Shown here: piece after piece, positions 46,672-57,130 of the stretch
Layout of the letters: each line of letters begins with the position of its first letter
Position numbering within the stretch: the stretch's first letter is position 1
Assembly: GCA_964436855.1 (NCBI GenBank)
Contig: CAYTED010000007.1
Span: 16,779 to 80,778 of the forward strand
Source of the DNA: an uncultured Bdellovibrionales bacterium
Lineage (GTDB): Bacteria > Patescibacteriota > Minisyncoccia > Moranbacterales > UBA1568
Direction of reading: 5' to 3'
Length of the DNA: 64,000 bases
Position numbers and translations under genes: made by a program
Notes under the pieces: generated by a model
Databases searched by the model: none
Told to the model about the DNA's origin: nothing
What the model saw: the letters and a program-made list of their open reading frames with translations, nothing else

Positions 46672-47715
46672 TTATCGGCGAACCGCCCCGGTCAACGAAT
46701 AAATTGGCGAGAGAATCGCAAGCGCGATGAATACCACTACCGATGCAATGACAATAAGCAGCACCGGCTCAAGCACCACCGTGAAATTCTTCGCACTTCG
46801 ATCCACCTCGTCATCAAGAAAATTACTCAAATAGAGAAACGTATCCGAAAGTTTTCCCGATTGTTCCCCGGCGGCGATCATTTTCACAACAACCGACGGC
46901 ACGAGAAACGAATACTGCGCCGAAAGTTCTTCCGAAACCGACTTTCCCTCCAGTACCGCCCGATGGATATTTCTCGCCATATCGGAAAAAGCGAGATTCA
47001 TCATTGATCGCTCCTCCACAAAAAGCGCCTGCGAAAGTGGAAGCCCGCTCGAAAGCATTACTCCCATATCTCGAAAAAATTGCGCCAAATATACACTTCG
47101 AAGAAACCCCCCAAGAAGCGGCAGGCGGAGCAGCAATCGATGCCAGTGTGGACGGATAATCGGAAGAAGCGTAGCAATTCGAATACCGATCAGTATTGCG
47201 ATACCCGAAATAAAAATCGCGATTCCATGCGCTTTCATCAGCGCCGCAAACCACAAAAGCGCCTGCGTTGAGAGCGGAAGTCCGGTTTCAAACGAATCAA
47301 AGAGTTTGACGAGTTTTGGAAGAATGAACACACTAATCAAGCTCGCAAGCGTGACGGCGGTCAGGAAAACTATCGTCGGATAGAGAAGAATGCTTTCAAT
47401 CTTTTTTCGCAATTGATACGATTTTTCCAGCTGTAAAGCGAGAAATTCGAGATTTTTCGAAAGTGTTCCGGACTGTTCACCGATAACGATCAAATTGATA
47501 TAGAGATGACTAAACACTTTCGGATGCCGCTTCAGCGCGTGTGCGAGCATCTGACCGTTTTCGACATCACCGATAATGGCGGTAATGATTTTTCGCATTG
47601 CGGAAAACTGTGATTGTTCGTACAAGGAGCTTAACGCTTCCCGAAGCGAAACACCGCTCTTCAAAAGAACGGCAAGTTCCCGCGTAAATAAAAGTCGCTC
47701 GACATTTTGAATCAT
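46672..47715 (-). CDS. pilC: Type IV pilus / T2SS platform protein (PilC/GspF)
   Basis: Two GEQSG.L repeats, LLYP, LEP, PIY. Confidence 0.92.
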   Translation of the reverse strand: MIQNVERLLFTRELAVLLKSGVSLREALSSLYEQSQFSAMRKIITAIIGDVENGQMLAHALKRHPKVFSHLYINLIVIGEQSGTLSKNLEFLALQLEKSYQLRKKIESILLYPTIVFLTAVTLASLISVFILPKLVKLFDSFETGLPLSTQALLWFAALMKAHGIAIFISGIAILIGIRIATLLPIIRPHWHRLLLRLPLLGGFLRSVYLAQFFRDMGVMLSSGLPLSQALFVEERSMMNLAFSDMARNIHRAVLEGKSVSEELSAQYSFLVPSVVVKMIAAGEQSGKLSDTFLYLSNFLDDEVDRSAKNFTVVLEPVLLIVIASVVVFIALAILSPIYSLTGAVRR

Positions 47716-47733
47716 AAAAAATCGTACGTTCGT

Positions 47734-49434
47734 CTATTCTCGGGAGACTCGGATCACCTCTTCAAGCGTCGTCAATCCGTTTTTCACCTTCAAGAGTCCA
47801 TCTTCGAGCATAGTGCGCATTCCGTTTTCCCGCGCAAGTGATTCGATATCGTTGGAATTTTTCCGATCAACAATTGCCCTTCGGATATCATCGTCCAACA
47901 AAAGCACCTCAAAAATACCCGTCCGCCCCTGAAACCCTGTTCCATGACACGCGTCGCACCCTTTCCCATAATACATCCGGACTGTATCGGTTTTCTCCTG
48001 AATTCCGAATGCCTCGTTTATACTCTTTAGGTCAATCTCCCGATAAAGTTCCCGTGCCGAAACTTCCTTGCTGACCCGGCATCCCTCGTGAATTTTTCGA
48101 ACCAGACGCTGCGCAATAATTGCGTTTACGGTCGTCGTTACAAGAAATGGCTCGATGCCAAGATCGAGCAGTCGAGGAATCGACGTTGCAGCGTTGTTTG
48201 TATGAAGCGTCGAAAGTACGAGATGACCCGTCATCGCAAGGTTTACCGCGATTCCTGCGGTTTCATCATCACGCACTTCTCCAACTAAAATAATATTCGG
48301 ATCCTGACGAAGAATACTTCGAAGCCCCGTCGCAAAGGTGAGATTTGCGTCGATATTCACTTGAATCTGATTCACGCCTTCGACATCGTATTCAACCGGA
48401 TCCTCGATCGTCATAATATTTACGTTTCGACGATTGAGAAGTTTTAAAAATGAATACAACGTTGTCGTCTTTCCGCACCCTGTCGGTCCTGTTACGAGTA
48501 CCATACCGTATGGTTTCTGATACGCCTCTTGAATTTTCAAGAGATCCTCGGATCCAATACCAAGATTCGAGAGCGAGAATTGCCGGGACCGATCCGAAAG
48601 AAGCCGCAAAACTACCTTCTCTCCATTCGTAATCGGGATGATTGAGACACGAATATCAATCGACTCTTCTTCGATGGTTACTTGCAATTTTCCATCCTGT
48701 GGCACTTGATGTTCGTCTGTCCGGAGATTCGCGAGAACCTTGATTCGTGATACCACTTGCGGGTGCAATTCTGATGGAAGTTTGGCGATGTCGTGCAACA
48801 CACCATCGATACGAAAACGGATCAGCGCGTCATGATCGCGAGGTTCCAAGTGAATATCCGACGCCTTGTTCTGAAACGCATACCCGAAAAGTGCGTCTAC
48901 CACGCGAATAATCGGCGGATCAATATCAGAAATAACGCTTTTCCTGGCGGCTTCCAAATTGTCTTTCAGAATATCCTCGAATGCCTCCGAAGCGCTTTTT
49001 CGATAGAGGCTGATCACTTCCGAAATATCGCGCTCCGTCGCATAGAATCTCCGGATAATACATCCGGTTTTCCGCTCAAGAAAGTTAAAAAATTCAAGAT
49101 TCTCCGGATCTGAAGTCGCTACGCTCACATTTTCCTTTTCAATCGCAAACACCATGGCGTGACTTTTCCGCGCCACCAGTTCGGGAAGAGTTCGAAAAAC
49201 CGATTCGGGAATCGTTTTATTCCGAAGATTTACAAACGGTATCTTGAAATGCTCGGCAATCAATTTCCCCAATTCTTCATCGGAAAGGAAATTATGCCAC
49301 AAAATTGCTTCTCGGAGCGTCGTCTCTTCAAGATCGGCACGCTCAACGGCAATATCGATATTTTCCTTGGAAACAAGACCATAGCCGAGAAGCATTCCTT
49401 CGAGCGCTTCCCGAGAAATAATATCCACTTTCAT
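47734..49434 (-). CDS. pilB: Type IV pilus / T2SS assembly ATPase (PilB/GspE)
   Basis: ASDIHLEP, GPTGCGKTT, TIEDPVE, LRQDPN, TGHLVLSTLH. Confidence 0.93.
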   Translation of the reverse strand: MKVDIISREALEGMLLGYGLVSKENIDIAVERADLEETTLREAILWHNFLSDEELGKLIAEHFKIPFVNLRNKTIPESVFRTLPELVARKSHAMVFAIEKENVSVATSDPENLEFFNFLERKTGCIIRRFYATERDISEVISLYRKSASEAFEDILKDNLEAARKSVISDIDPPIIRVVDALFGYAFQNKASDIHLEPRDHDALIRFRIDGVLHDIAKLPSELHPQVVSRIKVLANLRTDEHQVPQDGKLQVTIEEESIDIRVSIIPITNGEKVVLRLLSDRSRQFSLSNLGIGSEDLLKIQEAYQKPYGMVLVTGPTGCGKTTTLYSFLKLLNRRNVNIMTIEDPVEYDVEGVNQIQVNIDANLTFATGLRSILRQDPNIILVGEVRDDETAGIAVNLAMTGHLVLSTLHTNNAATSIPRLLDLGIEPFLVTTTVNAIIAQRLVRKIHEGCRVSKEVSARELYREIDLKSINEAFGIQEKTDTVRMYYGKGCDACHGTGFQGRTGIFEVLLLDDDIRRAIVDRKNSNDIESLARENGMRTMLEDGLLKVKNGLTTLEEVIRVSRE

Positions 49435-49448
49435 AACGGAAGAAATCG

Positions 49449-49832
49449 TTACGCGAGATAATTCTTAATTTTCACTACGAGATCATTGATCGGCACATTC
49501 GACTTGATGATATATTCCTTCGCGCCAAGATTCATAACTCGTTTCACATCTTCTTCTTGGCTTAGATTCGAAAGAACAATAACCGGAACATCTTTCAGGG
49601 TTTCATTTTTCTTCATTTCCTCCAGTGTCTGGAAGCCGTCTTTTCCCGGCATAATGAGATCAAGCACGACGAGTGCGGGTTTCTTTTCCGTAGCTATCTT
49701 CAGCGCCTTGTCGCCATCTCCGGCGAGTGCCGCCGCCAAACCTTCTTTCTCAATCTTCGTTTTATAAATACTCGAATAAAACGGATCATCTTCAACGATC
49801 AGTACGTATTTTTCTTCGCTCATATGTTTCAA
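49449..49832 (-). CDS. Single-domain response regulator (CheY-like)
   Basis: VEDD, LDLIMP.KDG, LSN, YIIK. Confidence 0.93.
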   Translation of the reverse strand: MKHMSEEKYVLIVEDDPFYSSIYKTKIEKEGLAAALAGDGDKALKIATEKKPALVVLDLIMPGKDGFQTLEEMKKNETLKDVPVIVLSNLSQEEDVKRVMNLGAKEYIIKSNVPINDLVVKIKNYLA

Positions 49833-49843
49833 TTAATGCTGAA

Positions 49844-52186
49844 TTACTCTTCCTTCAGAGGAAATCTCATTGTAAAAGTCGTTCCAACGTTCTCCTCGCT
49901 CTTGAATGAAATTTCTCCGTTACTTTCTTCCACATACGATTTTACCACAAAAAGTCCAAGTCCGCTTCCATCGGTAAATGATCGAATTGCATTTGATGCT
50001 CGGAAAAATTTCGCGAATATTTTTGATTGATCTTCCTTTGGAATACCAATGCCGTCATCAGAAACGGAAAGAACAATATATCCCTTTTCCTTCTCCACCT
50101 TCCCGATAACAACCCCCTTTTCTTTGCCATATCGAATCGCGTTCGCCACCAGGTTTTCCACCGCTTCAGATATATGTTTTTTCACAATGGAAATTTTTGG
50201 AAGAGGTTTTTTCGGAATATCAAGCTTGATTTGAATGTGCTTTTTTTTCGCATCACCTTCCAATACCCTTACCGCTTCCGAAAGAATCGATTCAAGATCG
50301 GTATTTTCCGGTGATTCCCTGATCGCCGCCTGATCGATACGGAAAACACTCAATAAATCACGTACGAGTATCATCATCCTATTGCTGTTTCTGCGCAGCT
50401 CTTCTACGGCCGCGAGCGCTTGTTTCGGTAACTTCCCGAAATCCCCACTTTCAAGAAGTTCCATGCTCCACCGCATGCTTCCAAGTGGTGTCCGCAACTG
50501 ATGCGCCGCAATGGAAAGGAAGCGGTCTTTCATTTGTTCAAGTTCGTATCGTTCGGTAATATCTTGAAACACGACAATCGCTCCCGCTATGTGTCTGACC
50601 TCAATAATCGGCGAAAGTGTTCCCGCGACCGGAATCGGATGCTGCTTCCCAATCAGAAAAGTTTTCGAATTAAATGAGAGGGATTTTTTTATTTTTATCG
50701 CCTCATAAAAGGGTAAAAAGTCACACGTTTTGTCATCCGTTCCGATACAAAACCGGAACAAAGTTCGACTATCCGCACCAAGAACATCTTCCGGCGTCCG
50801 CCCGATCATTTCAGCCGCTGTTGTATTACAGAATATTATCGTTCCGTTTCGGTCCGTCGCGTATATACCCTCACCGATCGACTGGAGGTATCGAAAAATT
50901 CCTTCCGCACGAATTTTTTCCTCCGTTACTTTTCGATTGACCGCTTCCAACTCGAGAAGATACTCCCTTTCCATTTCCTCCTGCTTTCTTTTTTCAGTAA
51001 CGTCTTGCTCAACACCAACAAAAAATCGAACATTGTTCTCATCATCCAAAATAGGAGAAACACGAACAATCGCAGTATACATCGTCCCGTCTTTTCGTTT
51101 ATTCTTCACTTCCCCGGAGTAGGGTTTCTTTTCGATCTTGATGATTTTCCAAAATTCCTCATAAAAAGACGCTGGCATTTGCTTTCCCCATAATGCTGGC
51201 GTTTCCCCGTTCATTTCTTGAAATGAAAACCCCGTCATTCTTTCAGCGGCAGTATTTGCATACAATATACTCCCGTCCGGGTCCGTTATAATCACATGGT
51301 CAAAAGAATTATCCACCGCTTGCTTGAATTTTTGGAGCTCTTCTTTTTCGGTGGCTATTTTTTTATTCGCAATGCGTTCCAGTTTTTCCGCATGTTCAGC
51401 GGCTTCACGTTTTTTCCGAAGTTCGGAAATGTTTGCCTTCAGATGATCCCGCATTCGAATAAACACTCGAGCGAGCGATCCGATTTCATCTTTCGCCTGC
51501 ACGCTCACCGGTACGTCAAAATTTCCAGTGCCGATTTTTTCCGAGGCGACGGTAATAACCCGTATCGGATCAATAATCACCCTTCGCACTACGAAGATCA
51601 TCGCAAAAACAAGAACGAAGCCTGTCATAATCAACAATCCGGCAAGCGAATATACGCTCTTCGCGATCGTTTCTTCGATAATTGCATTCGACGCCATGTG
51701 GACCTCCACAACTCCGAGAAAATCGTTATCCAAAAACAGGGGGATAAGCACGATACGCACTGGACTGATTGACGATTGCAGCGGTTCGTTATTGTCAAAT
51801 TTCTTTTCCAAAAACAATGGCTTTCTGGCATTGTATACGGAAAAAAGTTCGGGGTGATGAGTAGCCTTTTCCCCTATAATAGAGGTAAGATCAGACGCAA
51901 GAATCATTCCGTTTGTATCCCAGATTGTCAATCTCACGACATCTCCGGAACGAAGATTCTCTATATACTTATCGAATTTTTCTTTCGATTCTTCGGTTTC
52001 CGGATGCTCAAACATCGAACGATTGAGCAATACCTTTGAGGTGCGAATCACATCGTCCTTCCGTTCGAGATACACCTCATTGGAAAGAGAGCGCTTCAAA
52101 TGCCAGTTCGAAAAGAACGCAACCAGCACCACGGCGGCGATAATCACCAAAGAAACCGGCAAAGAAATCTTTGTAAAGACTCTCAT
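49844..52186 (-). CDS. Sensor histidine kinase with HAMP and two PAS domains
   Basis: Two TM helices, DEIGSLA HAMP, PAS domains, AHQLRTP, N box, DDGIG, GSGLGL. Confidence 0.95.
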   Translation of the reverse strand: MRVFTKISLPVSLVIIAAVVLVAFFSNWHLKRSLSNEVYLERKDDVIRTSKVLLNRSMFEHPETEESKEKFDKYIENLRSGDVVRLTIWDTNGMILASDLTSIIGEKATHHPELFSVYNARKPLFLEKKFDNNEPLQSSISPVRIVLIPLFLDNDFLGVVEVHMASNAIIEETIAKSVYSLAGLLIMTGFVLVFAMIFVVRRVIIDPIRVITVASEKIGTGNFDVPVSVQAKDEIGSLARVFIRMRDHLKANISELRKKREAAEHAEKLERIANKKIATEKEELQKFKQAVDNSFDHVIITDPDGSILYANTAAERMTGFSFQEMNGETPALWGKQMPASFYEEFWKIIKIEKKPYSGEVKNKRKDGTMYTAIVRVSPILDDENNVRFFVGVEQDVTEKRKQEEMEREYLLELEAVNRKVTEEKIRAEGIFRYLQSIGEGIYATDRNGTIIFCNTTAAEMIGRTPEDVLGADSRTLFRFCIGTDDKTCDFLPFYEAIKIKKSLSFNSKTFLIGKQHPIPVAGTLSPIIEVRHIAGAIVVFQDITERYELEQMKDRFLSIAAHQLRTPLGSMRWSMELLESGDFGKLPKQALAAVEELRRNSNRMMILVRDLLSVFRIDQAAIRESPENTDLESILSEAVRVLEGDAKKKHIQIKLDIPKKPLPKISIVKKHISEAVENLVANAIRYGKEKGVVIGKVEKEKGYIVLSVSDDGIGIPKEDQSKIFAKFFRASNAIRSFTDGSGLGLFVVKSYVEESNGEISFKSEENVGTTFTMRFPLKEE

Positions 52187-52835
52187 TGCTTTTCAACATT
52201 CACCCTATCATGAAACAACATCTTGATTCATCTCTCGGAAAAAACGATACAGGAGAATTGTACATACTCCGTAAAATCACAAAAAGAACGATGTTCGTCG
52301 AGCAGGGGCATCCGTAACACGATCCATCTCGCCATTTTCCGAGAAGCGCTTCTTGATTCATTCCTTTCAATCAGCCCGGGCAGCATAAAATCGTTTTAAA
52401 TCTTTATTCAGATATACTCCAGGGACTGGATCAATGCCCAATTTTGCAAAGATCTTATCTTGTTTTTCAAAGTTTTTGTGACTGAAAAATCTCTCTGTCA
52501 CTCGCACCAACAAACTTGCCCAGCAAGTAAGTACTCCATAATACGCTCCTTTCCTCTATTTTTCGCAACCGCAAGTATGTCTGACTCTTTTTTTTGACAC
52601 AAACCACCACCCGTCCCTCAAAAAAACAAATAAAAAAACATTGCTTATTCAGTACTTTTATATATTGTTTTTGCTTTTTATGATGCTTGCATATCCTGAC
52701 TCTTTTCATCGCAATAATACCACATTTTTTTTCTCTTGCCTATTGATATTCGAAAGAAATCAGGATCTTCGAAGAAAAAATTCCGTACTTTTTTCTTTGG
52801 GAATTTCTCGCTGCAAAAAAATAATGACGGGGGAG

Positions 52836-53237
52836 CTATTTTTGATTGTTTGACTCAAAAAACGCGATTCCTTTTGCATATGCCGCGTTTACCTTTGGAA
52901 GCAATTTTTCTCTGATAAGCTGATTCGGTTCATTGTTGAGTTGATAAAGGACACCATTAATACTCTCAAGAAATCCGTTGTGATCACGCGTCATAACATA
53001 TTGAATTGATCGCTGAAGATCAAAAACATATCGCCACACTCGAGACGCATCGGTATTGCCGTAAGAATCACAACGATTCTCCCAATATAACGTCCACGCG
53101 AGAACAGCTTTTTGCGCTTCAGAGTTCTCTTTGTACGGATCCCCCTTTTTTACCCGAATCTGGTCATTCATGCCCCGAAAAAGGTCTTGTTCCGGTGTCT
53201 TTGTTTTTTCCGGTTTTTGCATCGGTTCCTCAAGCAT
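52836..53237 (-). CDS. Hypothetical protein
   Basis: 133-aa ORF with protein-like composition; no family recognised. Confidence 0.55.
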   Translation of the reverse strand: MLEEPMQKPEKTKTPEQDLFRGMNDQIRVKKGDPYKENSEAQKAVLAWTLYWENRCDSYGNTDASRVWRYVFDLQRSIQYVMTRDHNGFLESINGVLYQLNNEPNQLIREKLLPKVNAAYAKGIAFFESNNQK

Positions 53238-53407
53238 AGTTCGTAAAATATATAACTCGTCTTGATATCAAGTACATATCTTTCCTCTTCCCATAGTGTA
53301 CACCAAAAGTTCTCCCCTCTCTACGGAAAGAGTTCCTTTCAGGAAAAACTGGTCAAATATCGCTTTTCGTTATATACTCCGAACATAATTCGTGATACCT
53401 ATGCCAT

Positions 53408-53578
53408 ATGGCAGATGAAGTTATGGTCGCAGAAACCGGGCACTGCATGAAGTGCAAGGAGAAGCGGGAAATGAAAGATGCCGAAGAAGTCGAAATGAAG
53501 AACGGTCGGAAGGCAAAAAAGGGCGTTTGCACCGTTTGCGGAACCAAGATGTTCAAGATTCTCGGCAAGCAAGGCTAA
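53408..53578 (+). CDS. DUF5679-like small zinc-ribbon protein (not in ORF track)
   Basis: Manual translation MADEVMVAETGHCMKCKEKREMKDAEEVEMKNGRKAKKGVCTVCGTKMFKILGKQG, followed by a terminator. Confidence 0.85.
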   Translation: MADEVMVAETGHCMKCKEKREMKDAEEVEMKNGRKAKKGVCTVCGTKMFKILGKQG

Positions 53579-53596
53579 AAACAGCCGCGTCTCTGC

Positions 53597-53628
53597 AAAA
53601 AACAGCTCCTCTTGCGGGGGCTGTTTTT
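53597..53628 (+). terminator. Intrinsic terminator
   Basis: AAAAACAGCTCC...GGGGCTGTTTTT. Confidence 0.7.
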
Positions 53629-53980
53629 ATTGTTCCATATCGTATGTCCATCCATATGGAGAACATTTCTTGAAAGAATGGAGGCGCTCCTATTCCCCAC
53701 GAACCGCAGATGTGTTTCTTGCCGAAAAAAAACCAAAGCATTGTTTCATATTCTTCTTCTCGTTCAGTATGAACCACTACCTCGACAGTGCCGAGTATTG
53801 ATTCGCCGGGAAGCTCCCTTTTGTTTGAAAGCCAATCGAAACTTGTCATATAATCGGTTGTTTTTAGCCCACTTTCAAGGAAAAGCAAGGAAAGAAACAT
53901 CAAAAAATAAAAACACCCCCGCAAGGAGGCTTTTTCCCCACAACTCTATTCACGACACAACGCCTGCACCATGAGTGCAA

Positions 53981-55726
53981 TCAACCGAAGGTAAAGGCGT
54001 AGAGCTCCGCATTCCCATCAAGAAACTCGAGCTTCAAAACGTGCCGTCCCGGAACGGGCAATCGAACCAATTTATAGAGTTGATCCCCCTTCACCGTTAC
54101 AACGCCGTTTTCGACATCCGATCCAAGGCCGGAAAGTTCGCCATCGACAGAGACTTTGATAGAAGCTTCTTCGGCTCCCGACTTGGGACGCATGACGAGA
54201 AACACTTCTTTTGCCTCAAAATCAATTTCGAGTGCGGCACCTTTTCCGGGATGCGCATATTCACCCGCCACCGTCCAACTTCCTATATACGCAAGATCGT
54301 TTCTTCCAAGATTTTTTGGCGCGGAATATGACGTCTCCTTGTCATGAACAATCCGCTCGGGCGAAGCAAGTCGGGCGAGACGCTCGTAGCCAAGATAGCT
54401 TTCGGGAGTTCGCACATAACTTGCTTCTGTCTTGGAATTTTCAATGACTTGTGAAACCCCCTCTGCACCGGTTTCGGAAAGCAGCTCCTGGATCACCTTT
54501 TCACTCTCATCATAGGCGCCTTCGCCGAAGTGAGTGTATCGCACATATCCATCTTTATCGATGAAATATTTGGCCGGCCAGAAACGGTTGGAATACGCTC
54601 TCCATGTAGCAAAATCATTGTCCTGAACAATCGGATACTTCAGATCAAAATCAGCTACTGCCTTTCTGAGATTTTTTTCACTTTTCTCAAACTCGAATTC
54701 CGGCGCGTGAACACCGATAATCACGAGTCCCTTGTCTGCATATTTCTCGTACCACTTTTTGAGATATGGCAGAGTTCGCTGACAATTGATACATGAATAT
54801 GTCCAGAAGTCGACAATAACAACTTTTCCCTTGAGTTCCTCGAGTGTGAGTGGCTCACTATTGATCCAAACACCGCCCGGAATGAGCTCGGGAGCCTTTG
54901 GTCCCTTTGGCAAGAGATCAAACATTGGCTTTCCTGTTTCCATATTTTTATTCCCCTGTTTACCCTCCTCACCACGCAATCTGGATAACTCTTTTTGAAT
55001 AGAAGTGTTTTCTTCGAATTTTGTCAGTCCTGCACCATACTTCGGGAAGATGTTGATAATAAAGGTTTGAAAGCTTCGATCAAGATTACTCACTATCGCG
55101 AGCGCGGTCAGAATCATCAATACACCAAAAGCCTTCTGAATATTTCCGGTATTTCGAAGAAGCCACGGAACCCGACTAAGCAGTGTCCGGCCACCGATCA
55201 TAATCGCGAGCATCGGAATGGCGGTTCCCAGAGCGTATGCGAGCGTGATAAAAAATGTCGCAAGACTCACATCACCCGAAAGTGCCAACGAAATAACCGA
55301 GGCAAGAATCGGACCAACACATGGCGTCCAAAGGAGTCCGAGCGACAATCCGATCACAAATCCTGGTCCGAATCCCTTTTTATTTGTATTTTTCGGCACC
55401 AATACTGAAAACTTTGAAAATGCCTGCTCGAGCCATACCTGAAAGCGAGGTACTAAAAGGGAGACTCCAAAGAGTGCAATCACCACGACTGAAAGCGTCC
55501 GCAATGTATTGGCAGAAATACCAAATGACTGAACAATCGCGGAGAGAAACAACGTAAAAAATGTAAAACTCGCAATAAATCCCACCACCACTCCGAGCGG
55601 CCGAGACTTTCCGATATTCTCTCCCCCAAGAGTGGAGGAGAGAATAAGCGGAAGCACCGGGAGAATACACGGCGAAAGCACCGTGACCACTCCTGCGAGA
55701 AATGCGAATCCAATAAGAAGAATCAT
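53981..55726 (-). CDS. dipZ: DipZ (CcdA membrane domain, thioredoxin, C-terminal domain)
   Basis: SPCILP, WTPCVGP, WTYSCINC, YAFTFG. Confidence 0.92.
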   Translation of the reverse strand: MILLIGFAFLAGVVTVLSPCILPVLPLILSSTLGGENIGKSRPLGVVVGFIASFTFFTLFLSAIVQSFGISANTLRTLSVVVIALFGVSLLVPRFQVWLEQAFSKFSVLVPKNTNKKGFGPGFVIGLSLGLLWTPCVGPILASVISLALSGDVSLATFFITLAYALGTAIPMLAIMIGGRTLLSRVPWLLRNTGNIQKAFGVLMILTALAIVSNLDRSFQTFIINIFPKYGAGLTKFEENTSIQKELSRLRGEEGKQGNKNMETGKPMFDLLPKGPKAPELIPGGVWINSEPLTLEELKGKVVIVDFWTYSCINCQRTLPYLKKWYEKYADKGLVIIGVHAPEFEFEKSEKNLRKAVADFDLKYPIVQDNDFATWRAYSNRFWPAKYFIDKDGYVRYTHFGEGAYDESEKVIQELLSETGAEGVSQVIENSKTEASYVRTPESYLGYERLARLASPERIVHDKETSYSAPKNLGRNDLAYIGSWTVAGEYAHPGKGAALEIDFEAKEVFLVMRPKSGAEEASIKVSVDGELSGLGSDVENGVVTVKGDQLYKLVRLPVPGRHVLKLEFLDGNAELYAFTFG

Positions 55727-55756
55727 AAACTCAATTGAATAACAATATTTTTTCGC

Positions 55757-56353
55757 TTATTTCACGTTCTTTTGCAATTCAGCAAGCGCTCCTCCGTTCC
55801 ACTTGGTAACGACATTGCCTGATGCATCGATCTGAACGTATGTGTGCTGATAGGTTACCCCGTACTTTGCTGCAAGCGCTTTTTCTTCGGCATCGGTCTG
55901 CGGGTCATTGTAATTCACCCGAATCACCGTCACATCACTCGGAATTTCAGCCTTTTTTGCCTGAAATGCGGCATCGGCCGGTTTACAGATTGGGCACCAG
56001 CTCGCATAAAAGAAAAGTACGCGACGGGTATTTTTTGCTCCATCAAACGCTGCCTTTGAATACTCGACATATCGGTCCGATGACTTCACCATAGCATCAT
56101 CCTTCTTCATCATCTTGTCATCGTCATCTTTTTTTATCATCGCATCGTCTTCTTCTTTCACTGTTTTTTCATCCTCCTTCATCATTTTTTCATCTTCTTC
56201 TTTTTTTATCATTGCCTTCTCTTCTTCCTCCTTTATCATCTTTTCATCCTTCTGCTTCTGCATCATGGCATCGTCTTTTGAACCTGATTGGGTCAAGATC
56301 CATGCTCCTCCCAGGACAACAATGGCCCCGATAATAATTACTAATAACTTCAT
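55757..56353 (-). CDS. Membrane-anchored thioredoxin-like protein with Met/Lys/Asp/Glu-rich linker
   Basis: N-terminal TM helix, low-complexity linker, FYASWCPIC. Confidence 0.88.
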   Translation of the reverse strand: MKLLVIIIGAIVVLGGAWILTQSGSKDDAMMQKQKDEKMIKEEEEKAMIKKEEDEKMMKEDEKTVKEEDDAMIKKDDDDKMMKKDDAMVKSSDRYVEYSKAAFDGAKNTRRVLFFYASWCPICKPADAAFQAKKAEIPSDVTVIRVNYNDPQTDAEEKALAAKYGVTYQHTYVQIDASGNVVTKWNGGALAELQKNVK

Positions 56354-56394
56354 ACGTTTTTTTGATTAATGATTACGTATGTCTTCATGAAAAT

Positions 56395-56766
56395 TTAGTA
56401 TCGCCTCTGTGCATACCATCGCCCCACAATCTTTGCAAACACCATGGCAGCAAGTGCCACCGGAAGCCATGGATCCAACGTGTGATGTATCGATTGGATA
56501 AAAGTTCCGAGAAGCAAGACTACTCCAACAACAATCGACGCCAATCTCGCTGCGACAAATCGGTGCAACTGCTCCCGCTCGTCTTGGATCACCTCTTTCC
56601 ATGTCAGCATGACAAAAAAAGCAAAACATGCGACCCCTAAACCGAGAAGAGTCATCTGTACCATATCACTCATCCAGAAATGAAACGGGTTGATATATCC
56701 TATCAGCAAAACAATCAGCAAAATAGAAACTGTTTGTTCGGAGAAAATTTTTTTCCACTCGTTCAT
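56395..56766 (-). CDS. Four-TM membrane protein (DUF2178-like)
   Basis: DERE motif between TM helices; translationally coupled to the HTH gene. Confidence 0.65.
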   Translation of the reverse strand: MNEWKKIFSEQTVSILLIVLLIGYINPFHFWMSDMVQMTLLGLGVACFAFFVMLTWKEVIQDEREQLHRFVAARLASIVVGVVLLLGTFIQSIHHTLDPWLPVALAAMVFAKIVGRWYAQRRY

Positions 56767-56978
56767 AGGTTCTCTTTCTGAATTTTAAAAATATCTTCCA
56801 CTGATACCCGAAATGTTTTTGCAATTTTGAGCGCAAGTAAAACTGATGGAATATAATTCCCCTTTTCGAGAGCAATAATCGTCTGGCGGGTTACCCCGAC
56901 AGATTCAGCAAGTGCCTCCTGTGTCACCTGTCTTTTTCTTCGCTCATGCTCGACCATATTCCGTACGGTTTGTGTCAT
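56763..56978 (-). CDS. XRE-family HTH transcriptional regulator
   Basis: TQEALAESVGVTRQTIIALEKGNYIPS. Start uncertain. Confidence 0.92.
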   Translation of the reverse strand: MTQTVRNMVEHERRKRQVTQEALAESVGVTRQTIIALEKGNYIPSVLLALKIAKTFRVSVEDIFKIQKENL

Positions 56979-56990
56979 ACGTGAAAACAC

Positions 56991-57053
56991 GTCAAGTTAA
57001 CTTTACATACCCAGTATACTTTTTCAGAAAATAATGTCAAGTTAACTTTACAT
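56991..57053. promoter_or_regulatory. Two near-palindromic operators flanking a promoter
   Basis: GTCAAGTTAACTTTACAT at 56991-57008 and 57036-57053; minus-strand TTGACA-16 nt-TATACT at 57013-57040. Confidence 0.75.
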
Positions 57054-57130
57054 AAGGGAAAATTCCCTCTCGAATGGCTTCAGTATCTTATCTAAGTAAA
57101 GAAAGGCGACGGCTATGTTACGATAGGGAA

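Noticed and set aside
52190-52830. Riboswitch (e.g. c-di-GMP) upstream of the kinase and pilus operon
   Set aside because: No conserved aptamer motif could be recognised by eye; an Rfam scan would be needed.
56085-56280. CRISPR-like or tandem repeat
   Set aside because: It is coding low-complexity sequence in the thioredoxin linker with no repeat-spacer structure.
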